A stretch of DNA of 64,000 nt from Massalongia carnosa. Taxonomy: Eukaryota. The DNA is taken from assembly GCA_965645245.1 (NCBI GenBank), contig OZ287069.1, positions 434,001-498,000 on the forward strand, written 5' to 3'. The position numbers and the translations under genes are program-made. How positions within the stretch are numbered: the first letter of the stretch is position 1; every line of letters begins with the position of its first letter. Below, piece after piece: positions 38,094-49,461 of this stretch. The notes beneath the pieces were generated by a model. That model had not been told where the DNA came from. It saw nothing but the letters and a program-made list of their open reading frames with translations, and made no database searches.

Positions 38094-41015
38094 TTAGATC
38101 TTATCTGGATCAACAAAGAATAACGGGATCACTCTATCCGTGTCTGTCTGTTGAAAGAGGCTCAACTTTAGAACCTCGTCTTTATAAGAAGCGGTCTTTA
38201 GCAGTCGAATCCAAAGGAACACTCGCTGAATATTCTCAAATGGTAGACAGTGAGTATAAATTTGTCGAAGCTGAGCATATGTGCCAGAGCGGAGTCGAAG
38301 AAAGTCGCCAATATGCAATGAGAAACGTTTGCCGGTTGACCTGACAGTAAAGGAGCATTGTTCATACCAGTACAAAGGCTTGTTTCCCCATTGAACGCCA
38401 TTAAGGCCATACCCGGTCATAGCAGTCTGCATCAGTTGCCTAAATCGGAGCTCTGTGGAGTTAGTTATTCTGATAGGAAGACCTTGATTTTGTCCATAGA
38501 AAAGTTTGAGCTTCCCCCGCACTGCAGGTTTTAAATGTGAGGGAGATTCTAATAGACAGTTATTTGTCGACTCCTGATCGTCTGTTTGTGGGCGATCCCC
38601 GTGGAATAATAGACTTTCAAGAAGAGCTGGGCAGTTCAACTTCAAACGAATCATTTCCAGAGTGATCTCCGGATCGGTATGACGAGATGAGCCATTCGAA
38701 AGAGCGACGACAGGGAAGAGGATAGCGGCTTTCACTAAAAGCTGTCGTTCTGGCTTTCGATGATTTGTTGACAATACGGCTTGCTTAAAAAAGCGATGTT
38801 TGTCTTCTCCAAAGAGAACATTAACGTTCCACAGAACACCATACTCCTGCATGACTCTTTCGAAATGCATACCGATATGAAAGTTTGGCAGCTTATCGGC
38901 CTCGCCATTCCGAGTAGTCACTGATGCAGAAAGTCTCATGTCGGGATCTGACACAAGATTACCAACGGACGCCTCTTCAAATGGAGTGTCTGTATCACCA
39001 ATAAGGGAGTTTATGGATGTTTCAGAAATCGATGCTCGTCTAGAACTGATAGATAACTCCTCAGTGACAGACTCACTTTTCTCGTTGTCTTTCTTCTTTT
39101 CTTGTCGTTTTGGATTTTGTGCTGCATTCATCAGACCTAGAAAACATTGTCGAGCATTGACGATTTGATTGTGAAATTATTGACGATCTTTGAGGGATAA
39201 TTCGAAAGACGAGATTAACGTGTTACTCCATGTGAGTTTCCCAAAGCAAAACACTATCAAATCATCATCTGAAGCGCAATGGCGACGTTCTTTAGGAAAC
39301 TGAATTTTCAATCCATTTCGAAAAGGCTGTCGTACATGACGGTTTCTTAACCAACAGCGAAGAAGTAGAGGTATTACGACTGAGGCACAAGCGCATCCGC
39401 TCATACTCCATGAGGCCATATGAATAGCCGGAGACTGTATTCGGCCCCAGCCAGGTGGAAACGGAAAACAGTGCAAGGCAGCTGTAAACTCTTCAGCAGC
39501 TCGTTTCGTGAGTATTTTCGTGTAAAGAAAAGGGTACAATCTTCGTACTAGTCCGTAATACTCGCTATGAGCCGGATCCGGTGGACAACTCATGATAAGA
39601 TCAAGCGCCGGGGTTAATGTCTGAAGCGCAGAAGATTCGGGTTTGAGCCCATTTCGTGTAAGATATGCCAGTCTCTTTGTCTTTCCTTTCATTGCTAGGC
39701 TTTTTTTCGTATAGCCAACACCTCATGATGATAACGACCATGAAGTAGAATATCCCGCTGCAAATCTCCTCGATTATGGAGGCCCGCATCATAAAAGCGA
39801 CAACAATAGTTGGCACGTGGCCCAAGAAACCCTCCGGAGGCTTGCTACTGCTTCATATCACCAAGATATGCTAGAATCGGGGCCCAAGCCGCTTGTTTCT
39901 GTCCATTAATTTCAAGAATGCAACCACGATCCATGTTTCCTAAACTGGTATGAAGACAGTTCATCACATCGTTAAACTCGGATCCGTGCGGGCCAAGAGC
40001 AATGGTGTAAGCATTAAAACTCTTTTGACGTTCCGAGGCGGGCAAGCCTGCTGGCATGGCATAGACACCATTGATGGAACGATACATGTTTCGATATAAC
40101 CCGAAATCGTCGATGAAAATGACAAGGGGATATGACTGAACTCCTTTAATTAGCTGTGAGATTAGGTACTCTCGACCAAAGACTTCTAATTCTAAGTCCG
40201 CTCGAATCGGTGATGAAAGATTGATTGATCTAAGATCTCCTCGCGTGACGTTGTATATCTGACGAATTAAGATAGGCGTTGTAGACCGTACCTGATCATT
40301 CCTACAAATTGCAACATCGAAACGGCGAGCTAGAACATGCTCGGATAAGACATCTTGATCCGCGTCTTCTATCAAAAGCAACTGATCTTCGGGCTAGTCA
40401 AACGTGACCGGAACTGAATATTCGTTGACGTTCTTTCTACTTATCAAAGGACGAATCCTGACAAGAGTTTGACCTAGGGTCAAAGATCGCGATCTTTGAT
40501 CACGTCCAAAAAATATGACCTGTCCGCAGTGACTTTCATGAATAATCCCACATTTATCATTGCCACAGCGATACTGCACAATGTCAGAGGGGAAATAGGG
40601 GATGAATCGGGAAATCTCGCAAAATCAGTGCAACATGTACGAATAGAAGAACCCCAACTGTTTGAATGCCAGTATTCCGAAGGGCTATCAACGATCTCTG
40701 CAATATCGATATGAATATTTCGTTGAGTTGTGGCTGAAAGTAAGATACTGATAATAATTCGAGCATCGAAGTAATAGACGTTGGCTTGAGCCAGTCTTGG
40801 TGTTCCGGTGGGTTATTTTTCTCGTCGTACTGATACCGCTGCCTTCTGAATGAATGGAACGGGAAGGCGCTTACGGCACCAGGAATGCAAAGTTGATAGT
40901 CGCTTTGGCAAATTTCGCACTTCATGAGTGTCTAGCAATTGCAAAACTTCGAGCAGGCCATCATAGGTGCGTCGCTTGATGCCTTCTTTATCACACCAGA
41001 GACCGAGTTTAGCAC
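38094..41015 (-). pseudogene. Large DDE-type transposase remnant resembling the Plavaka / CACTA(EnSpm)-related group
   Basis: LGLWCDKEGIKRRTY, EYWHSNSWGSSIRT, PLVIFIDDFGLYRNMYRS, LGPHGS, YLGDMKQ*, PDPAHSEY, PNFHIGMHF...EYG...GEDKHRFFK. Broken by stops and frameshifts; family assignment from motif recall only. Confidence 0.55.
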
Positions 41016-41103
41016 ACTATTTCAGAACATTAGCATTCGTCTTTACTGCTTCGCGCTTTCTTTCGATTGCACTATCATTAATGCTGATATCACAAATACA
41101 ATC

Positions 41104-42023
41104 ATGAACGTATCATCGTCAAATGAAGAGGTCCTTGAACCTTTAACGCAAGCCGAAACACAATCAGGATCAATAGCGGCAGAAATATCAACCAAAAAGA
41201 CGCGGAGAAGAGAGCCCATTACCTCCGAATGGAAACTAATAGTCATGCGAATGGAGGCTTCTTTGCGGCCATTTGCGCTTCGTTATGGCAAGTTGAACGC
41301 AGATCAAATAGCGCATATCGTTCGAAATGCAATAAGAGAAGATGTGGATGAGGAAGATATTTATTTCAGGAAGGGAGTCACCAAGGTGCAATCCAACGTT
41401 TCAACGTGGAAACATCGCTCTCTAGCGTGTATGGAAGTATGTAGCTTGCTATTAGCGTTTATACTCGACTTCTGACTGTTTTTAGGACTACATACAGCCT
41501 GCTATCATGAGAGACAACCTAGGGCTGCTGGAATGCGAGAATGACTCGAGCAGGCTATTCAAAGCCTCTGCACAGCAATATGATCATCATGATGCTGAGA
41601 CAGTCTTTCCATGGGCAGCCAAAACTTTGATGTTCCACGAGTCTTCAAAGAAGGATGCAATGCCTCGAGGGCCCTATTGGATTAAAGGTAAGTGACAAGG
41701 CATACGAGAACTGATGAAATTTAGATATTGATATGAAAAAAGAATATTTTTTAAATTTAGCGGTCAAGACGAAATTGTACTTAGACGTACCCAGAGCCGA
41801 AGGCACAGATCGAACCTCTCTTTTAAAGTTTTACGATACATTTCCTCAAATGGCAAAATATCAAAACATTAAGCCATATGATTTAAAATTGAAACCAGCT
41901 CGGGCAAAATGCCTGAGAAAGGGATCGTCGAATAATCTAGAGATGGAGGAGTTTGGCGCTATCATGGATGAAATGGAGGTCACCGAGGCCGAGGACGAAG
42001 ATGAGGACGAGCTTAGTTCGTGA
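41104..42023 (+). CDS. Hypothetical protein (3 exons), divergent from the transposase remnant
   Basis: Introns 41437-41485 and 41688-41724 join ORFs 40939.., 41507.. and 41733.. in frame. Acidic C-terminus; no recognised domain. Confidence 0.5.
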
Positions 42024-42213
42024 ATGTTTGCTTTTTTGTACTGGTATGAAGAAAAGATGTTTTGCTTAGAGTTGTTGATGCAGCCACATTTAGCCTCAGG
42101 TTTGTTCTAGATAGCTGATAGCTTGAGCGAAGAAAATGTTTTATTTGCACTCGACTCTAACACAAATAAAACCTTGAGATCACGTCGATCAGGTATTATA
42201 CTGGCTATACTCC

Positions 42214-42429
42214 CACGCGGTGCGAAAAATAGTTGACACACCAAAAATATAAAATAATTATGATAGGATACATCGTTAAGTAATACATTTCAAAAAAGTT
42301 AAGGTGAATTTGAACACATAACCCTATTACTCTATCAAGTCTGTTTTACTGGTTCATCTGTTGTTGATTTTCTATATTATGTTGCGTACTGACGAGTTTT
42401 GGTATGTCAACTTTTTTTCGCACCACGTG
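42214..42429. mobile_element. MITE, 216 bp, 33-bp TIRs beginning CAC, 5-bp TSD ACTCC
   Basis: CACGCGGTGCGAAAAATAGTTGACACACCAAAA versus reverse complement of right end CACGTGGTGCGAAAAAAAGTTGACATACCAAAA; ACTCC at 42209-42213 and 42430-42434; AT-rich non-coding interior. Confidence 0.9.
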
Positions 42430-42434
42430 ACTCC

Positions 42435-42591
42435 GTCCACCCTCTGCTAAGCGAGGTGATAAGATTATCCGAGCCGATGTTATCTAATCTCTAGGCTAAG
42501 CCTAATACGGCATCTACGGTTTCTGTAGGTGCTCTGTCCATCTTGGGCAGTCGTAGGTGCTATGTTCATTAAACTGTTGAATATTCAACAG
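42435..42591 (+). repeat. Dispersed repeat copy 1 (probable transposon terminus)
   Basis: Homologous in inverted orientation to 55185-55347; shared blocks include ctaagcgaggtgat, ctaagcctaat.cggcatctacggtttc and gtaggtgctatgttcatt. Confidence 0.75.
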
Positions 42592-44438
42592 AATATTTGC
42601 GATCGAGATTCTTTTGTCTTCTGCTTAATTTTCAGATTAGACAATCATATGTTATATGCAAAAAGCTTCAGATATCGACACGACTTCGACAATTACGAAA
42701 AGACAAAGATATGCAGCAAAAATGCTATATTTCGAAGACAATTCAGCTGTTCTTGATCACTGAATGTCTCGATGTCTTCGATCAGCAATAAAATGTATTT
42801 TGTTCAGCTGAAAAAGTTCAAAAAAGCAGATTCATGCATTTGATATAGATCGAGATGAAGATCTTCAAGCAGCATAAAGAGGCGGTGATTCCTCATGTAA
42901 TTTAGCTATTCAGTCGTTCAGAATTCAGTTCAGCAGATAGCTAAATTTGAAGTATCTACCTGTATCACGTTTGCCAAGCACTTCTCTTTGCCTATCCTTG
43001 ATAGCCCTAGACCCTCTTCTCCTGCATCCCGCTGCCGTATGCCTAGTTGGTTTTTTCGTTGGTCGTCGGTAAAGGCGTCTCGCTTTTTTCTGCTTCTCTC
43101 TCTGAGAGAAAGCGGGGATGTAGGACGTTTTCGAGGATTTCGAGATGAAGTCTCCGGATTTTGACTATTATATCTCAAAGAAGTCGAAGGAGAAGTCATA
43201 TTTACTATAAGAAACCACCGCAAAATTTTTAGAGAAAGCTAAGAAACTTTCTAATATGTAGAGCGAGGTTTCTTATCCCTCACCAGAAAAAAGCCGGTCT
43301 TTTCGTCCGAGTTTCTTAATCAATCTGACTGTATTCGGATTGAATAAGCAATGCATGATCAATGAGTCTTCTCTTTTCTGAACTAACCCGAACTTCTTTC
43401 TTTCTGAATCACTGAAAGACTCTGTTCGCCTTGCAGCAGAGATGAAGAAGTTTCTTGAGCAATCCTAACATCGCGGTATGCAAAGCCCCTCCCGCGGTTT
43501 CGTTCGATGATGTCTTGTGTCATCTTTCTCGGTCCTGGATTCATCTGCTTTGCACCCCAACTCTTCTTCGTTGCTATCTATTGGCCCTCAATCTTTCCCG
43601 TCCCTTTTCACGCATGTGAAGGGCAACCCCGGAGTCTTAGTTCATGCATCAGCTACAAAGGCCATTCAGCTGTTGTCGAGGAAGGGGTGTTGAGTAACAA
43701 CGTCGTTGCATCACGTCGCATGAATATGTGACAAAATATTTAGCTCGTTCCCAAAATCTGCTAGTCATCCTATCGATCGTAACCGAACAAAATCTCTACC
43801 CAGAAGAGACACATATGTTACCGAGGGGGAGGAGGGACTCCGAGGGGGTTGGAGGGGTACATGAGGGGTGATCGGGACTAGACTAGACTAGACATAGGTT
43901 GGGATGGGTTGGATGGATGATTGCTTTAAAATTCGTTGGGAGATTAGGGGAAGCTGAAGATGGGAGGGAAGAGATGAATGCAGGGGAGTTGGTGGGAGAC
44001 GTCTGAGAATTCAGGAGGAAAGGGGTGATTGGGAAACATGATATCGAGCGTGTATGGCCGTAACTGCAGCCCCCCAAACCGCGTCGGAGGATTGGAGAAT
44101 AGTTCCAGAGAAAAGGGTGTGTATGTATGTAGGTACTTCAGGTAGATGTTCTGTGTAAAGCATCTAAATCTCCCCTATGTACCGCGTTTCAGAATCTAGG
44201 TAAAAGATATCTTGATCCACACTTCTTGTTTATGTCCCTCCTGAAAGATGTTCCATATTTTGTAGTAATCCCAATTTCAATTTGATTGCCGTTCTCCACC
44301 AAAATAACAGGATGTCAAAGTGGCCATTACTAAGCGAGCTCGGCCCTCAGCCCTGTCACTCTGTATATAGTCATCTCCCTTTTCTGTAGTAGCAAGTAAG
44401 GTCTTCGCCCATCATCATCTATCTGACACAGGACAGCT

Positions 44439-46781
44439 CTATCCAACCGGCCCATCTTTCCCATCCGGCCTCGCCTTCCACTCCCTCGTGAACATCTCCC
44501 TCCCCATGCCCCGGCCCTTCCCCTCCAGCCTTGTAACTTCCTCCACCGCCTTCACCAAATCAAAACTCACACCTTCCCCCACTGCGCTATCTCCTCTGTA
44601 CTCAGGGTGCGCCCTGACAAATTCGCGGATCCACCTAGCACCCGTCCACAAGTCACCTGAGGCGCGGCGGCGGATCAGATCGAGGTAGCGGGCGAGCTTG
44701 CAGCGGGTCTCAACGTCGACATTCATGGAGTTGAGGTAGCTTTCTACAAGGGGAATGAGACCTGGGAAGCCGGTGCTAGCGGCCTGGCCGTTGATGATTT
44801 CGTCAATAGTCATAAGCGAGTATTCGTCCTCGACGGGGCCGACTGGGGTGGGAGGCCGGGAGAAGTGTTGCGTGGGGGTGTTGGTGCCGGAGATGCCATT
44901 GTTGTTATGTCGTACTGGGCGGGTAGGGAGCGGATCGTTGCGGAAATAGAATTGGCGGTCGAGGACGGCGTTGCGGGCGTGAGCAGTGTGCATGTTCTGA
45001 GTGGTGAGGGGAATAGGGATGTAAAAGTTCAAATCGAAGCTAAGGATGGCGCGGGTAACGAGGACAATGAAAATGGAGAATGCAGCGTTCTCGTAATCGG
45101 TGATCTGGATTTCCATGGGACGGAACTCGACGCGCCAGCCCGTATCTTTATCGTGAGGAGGCGGTTTGAAGCGCATATGCTGCCAGTTGGTCGATTGGAG
45201 GTTCTCGAAATGATCGGTCTTGTTCAGATCGAGTTCCTTGAGGTCCTCGGCGAATATTACAATCGGGTCACGGATGAAGAGGTGGGCGAAGTGCGTAGCG
45301 AGGAGTTCGTCCATTCCGCCATCCAACAGGCGTTGCTTTAGGTCTTGATCAACAATGAGGTCGGGATCCATGTATTCCTTTCGGAGACGTGGGTCTTGCG
45401 AGATGTATGTAGAATTGGATGCGTATCTTGACTTGGGCACTCGCCATCGTCCCTGTTTGAGAGGCTGCAATATTAGCCAGCCGGTGGTTGCCTAGCCGTT
45501 GTTTACTCACTATTTCACCGAGCTCTTCTGGAGTTCGATCGTCTACTGCTCTGCTGATTTGATCCCATCGGACATCTGTATCTGCAAGAAAACCTTTATA
45601 AATAGGGGTCGCAGCTGTTAAAGCAAGCATGATAGGTCCCAGTGGGCTCAGCTGATCATACAGCCGCCGGCCTTCTGTGATATTTTTTGCCTGAAAGGTG
45701 ATTTGTAGACAGCAACTGCCCATTCCAAACGCCATTGCATCCATGTAAATATGATTGTCTTTTACGGCGCCATTCCGGACATCTTCGTCCTCTGGCCATT
45801 TGTGAAGGTCGTAATTAACCGTAGGATCCCTAAATGGCGTGGGTGTGTTCACATCTTTGAAAATAGGAACATTGATTTCCACCTTCCGACCCCTCCGGGA
45901 TCTTATGTTAGCTGCCAGCGTTGGAAAGCGTATATGAGGGTTTGCAATCTCATCGGGGAGAAATTGGGACCGTAGCCTTTCGCCAGACACTGGAAAATAT
46001 GGAGAGAGAGCTTCTTCTCTACCTAACCGTGGAAATGTCGTCAAGGTTATTGGATATTCGTTGAAGGCCATATGATCTTTGGCGATTTCTCTCCTACTCC
46101 GACGAATCAGCCCCATGAAGTTCTCCCCATTCAAGGGGTGAACCAACCGCCATTTCATATTATGTTCCACATCCAGCAGATCTTTGAAGCCGATGCCCCA
46201 CGGTTTCCCGGGGGTTGCTTCTAACATGAATCGACCGAATTCTGGATGGAAGATGGGAAGTGGATCAACGTCTCTATCGAAACATGAGCTTGACAACATT
46301 TCGCGAAAGTGCCATTCTAACCTCGCTACCAGTTGCAAATCTGGCACGCATCCTCCTTGCTTGCACAAGGCCTCATCCTTCGCCAATGCATCAAGGATAT
46401 CCGCCTGTCGTAGAGACAATTTCACCTTCCGGGTCTCATTTTCGAAAGCCATCACAAGGTATTCTATCTATAACGTCCATAAGCCCGTACTTCTTAAGCT
46501 ATTGCGGATTTAAATACCTCGTCTCCCCAACGCAAAACATCCCGCTCTTTACCTTTCGCGCGCCGCCATATCGCAAGGAGTTGCTACACAATCGATAAAC
46601 CCCAACTCTGAAACATTGCGCTGACATGCGGAGCCCGTACCTCGATCCCCCAACTTCTCACGTGGTCTGCATTTTTCTTAGCTTCAGGCCATTCTAATGG
46701 CGTCCCGATGGCTCTTTGAATGTAGATTCGTCAGCTCATTCAGTGCGAAGAGAATCAGTTTGGGGCTCACAAAAGTCCCAT
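44439..46781 (-). CDS. GSH1: Glutamate-cysteine ligase catalytic subunit (gamma-glutamylcysteine synthetase)
   Basis: MGLL|AIGTPLEWPEAK start, HPEFGRFMLEATPG, HIYMDAMAFGMGSCCLQITFQ, PKSRYAS, HFENLQSTNWQHMRFKPPP, GWRVEFRPME; multi-exon. Confidence 0.95.
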
Positions 46782-48371
46782 GATCCCAGGAGTTCGCCAA
46801 ATCTTTAGCGACCTCTAAGGATAAAGACCCTTGCAATGATGTGATCTCCAAAAGTGCTATACGGAGTATACTCCTATCCAACCAAGGATTCCCACCAGTA
46901 GTTTAAGGTGGCATTTGCATTTCAGCCCAAGTTGGGGACCTGAATTATACATCGACAAGCACGCTTATGAAATTAAGTGGGATTTGAGCTCCCAAGCCTA
47001 GCACTTAATTGCTAATCCACGGCCAAGATAAGTAGCAATACAGACGCCAGCAGAGGAATGGCTGGAGTGAAGGATGGAGCAAATTAAGGTACATGACGAA
47101 ATATCTAACCCTTACTCCGTGGGTTGATGACCAAGCCCAAGAAGCGTCCGATATTTCGTATGTAAAAGAACCTGGCGGTCCGCTAAGCCCTAACTAGCTA
47201 GCTTAATTAGGCCACGTGTAAGTAATGAAACTAAGGAGTTCTTATCCAAAATAAATTCATCCAATTTCTGGCACTCAATAACCACGAGCATGCAATCAGC
47301 ACAAAGGTAATGGAACATGGCATCAAGGTTGGTTTCGGTTTGTACGCTGAAAATAAGGGTTGGTTTAGTAAATAGTAGTACGATTCCTACTCTTGCAATT
47401 CATCAAGTACAGACCTTCATCCTTGTTTACTTTCGACCTTATTGTCCTTGAGTTTTAGACAGCTACAATGATCACAATCAACCGAAAGACATATGCCTCC
47501 AAAAATCAAAACTTTTTGTTGTTGTCTTCCCTGGATGAAGCCGCCAAACTATCAGATTCGGGGAGTACAACGTAGGAGCATGACAGCATCCCCGGTCACA
47601 AGGCACGCGCGGCACTATATTGATGAACTAGGGCTTCGCCAGCGCAATTTGTGCTACTCTTCGGGTTCAAGATTCTTTTTACTGATACCCTCGTCACTAC
47701 TAGTCGTGAGATGCCTCGACAAACAACTCCAACGGAAACACAAGGCTTTACGCAATAACTATTCCCTCGGACTGTTCTATTCCATTCTCTTTCATCTCTT
47801 ATGTGCCAAAATATTTCCTTTTCCCTTTTTAGAGCTTTAACCCCAACCAGCGCTTGATAGATTCGTTGGCAACGTCTCCTCACATTCCCCAACTTGTCTC
47901 ACCTCCGCATTTCATTTCGTCATTAAACGTATGACGTCGTACTCTTGCATACTCCTATCGACTTTGCACCTCACCTCCCACAACCGCATCTGTGGCTTCT
48001 TTATGATTAGCAATTACGGCAATGATCATTGACCGGAACACCAGCAGAGCACCAGCATGATCTTGAAGTCAGCTGTTGGTGAAAATAATCTGAAGGACGC
48101 GTTGATCTCCTCGCTAGCGCAGGCAAGCGGCATGTCTAGTCTGAGCTCAAGAATTATGTATCTCTAATCGTGTACGCCAAAGGGGTCTAAAACCACAGCT
48201 ATTATATAGGCGGCTACACGTCTGCTACAACAGAACCATATTTACAACCTCCCACATCCAATCTTATCAGTGCTATATTTCACCGCTTGTCTTTTTCAAT
48301 AGCTCGATTGCTAGAGCTCGAATCTCATCCATACCTGGGCTAGCATTCTACTTCGCTCCTCTCACCCTAGA

Positions 48372-48611
48372 ATGTCTTCCCAAAACCAGTCGCAATCTCA
48401 ATCTTCCGGATCCAATCAAAAGCCCCCTCAGGGCACGGAGGGCAACTTAGCTGCCCAGCGCCCCTCTACACCAAAAAATGGAACAAATAAAGATAGCGAT
48501 TATCTCTCCCCATCCAGCCAAGCGTGCGAAAGTGGGAATGTGACGCCTTCTCAGCAAGGTGTGAAGAGGAGGGACAGAAAAGATGTTTCCCATCGGCCTC
48601 CTGGGCAGTAG
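48372..48611 (+). CDS. Small S/Q-rich hydrophilic protein (79 aa), putative
   Basis: ATG in good context (AGAATGTCT), TATA-like attatatag about 170 bp upstream and a pyrimidine-rich leader; no domain recognised. Confidence 0.35.
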   Translation: MSSQNQSQSQSSGSNQKPPQGTEGNLAAQRPSTPKNGTNKDSDYLSPSSQACESGNVTPSQQGVKRRDRKDVSHRPPGQ

Positions 48612-49461
48612 AGGTCAAAGAGTATGTCTCAGGGTCTGGAGGAGAGATAGTAGAAATGCATGGAGATGTTCCGGAGATTGAGAAGAGGATTTCGGCCGCT
48701 GTGGTTTAAGAGGAACGAATAACGAGGACAGATTCCGACTCGAAGGGAACGCGTGTTCATGTAGCATTTTTGCTTCCTAGATGAAAAATCAGAATGGCTT
48801 TCAGGTACATATGAAGCATCAATACTATGTCTTGGTTTCATTCGCAATTTTGACCTCGGAATTTAATCATGATGTGTAATATACTTTTTCGGTATTTCGG
48901 CATCTACTTCTGCTGCTTCAAACATGAACAAACCATCCTATAGCTTTCTATGAGCATTATATGTTATATATATCTTTTCTGCATATTTTTGGATTAGATA
49001 TGAACGGTCAACCTAGTTTTGAGCGAATTTCCGGAAGCTTTTGTCACTGCCTCTGAAGGATTTTTCGCTGCCTCACAAGAAATCGTCCTTCTTCCGAATA
49101 TTCCCAAATTCAATAACTCCTGGGCAGCCTCTCATCGAAGCCATTGATGGCTTAATTAAGACCATTAATAACCTTAAAACTGGAGTTATCACCCTTAAAT
49201 CTGAGGTTTCTTCTCTCAAAACTGAAGTACTGTCGCTTGCAAAAGGGTCTGCGCGGACCCTGAAATGGCCACGACACCTCAAAATTTAGCGAAAATAACG
49301 ACCAACCAGCCAAACTTCCCTCACCGTCTATGTGATAACTATGCATTGTCACCTGCTCTAGTACTGAAATTCGTAGCTGTAGAAAATAGTCACTGCCATC
49401 CCCAGCTCCTTCGCCCTTGCCCGCTCTATTTTTCGTCAAATTCTCCCCCCCATTCTTCGAC

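Noticed and set aside
42590..43480. Degenerate minus-strand frame (RSRKKRDAFTDDQRKNQLGIRQ...)
   Set aside because: Many stops and no assignable domain; probably decayed element interior.
31790..43500. Possible Starship giant transposon
   Set aside because: No tyrosine-recombinase captain gene or characteristic boundary recognised; the content is explained by nested smaller elements.
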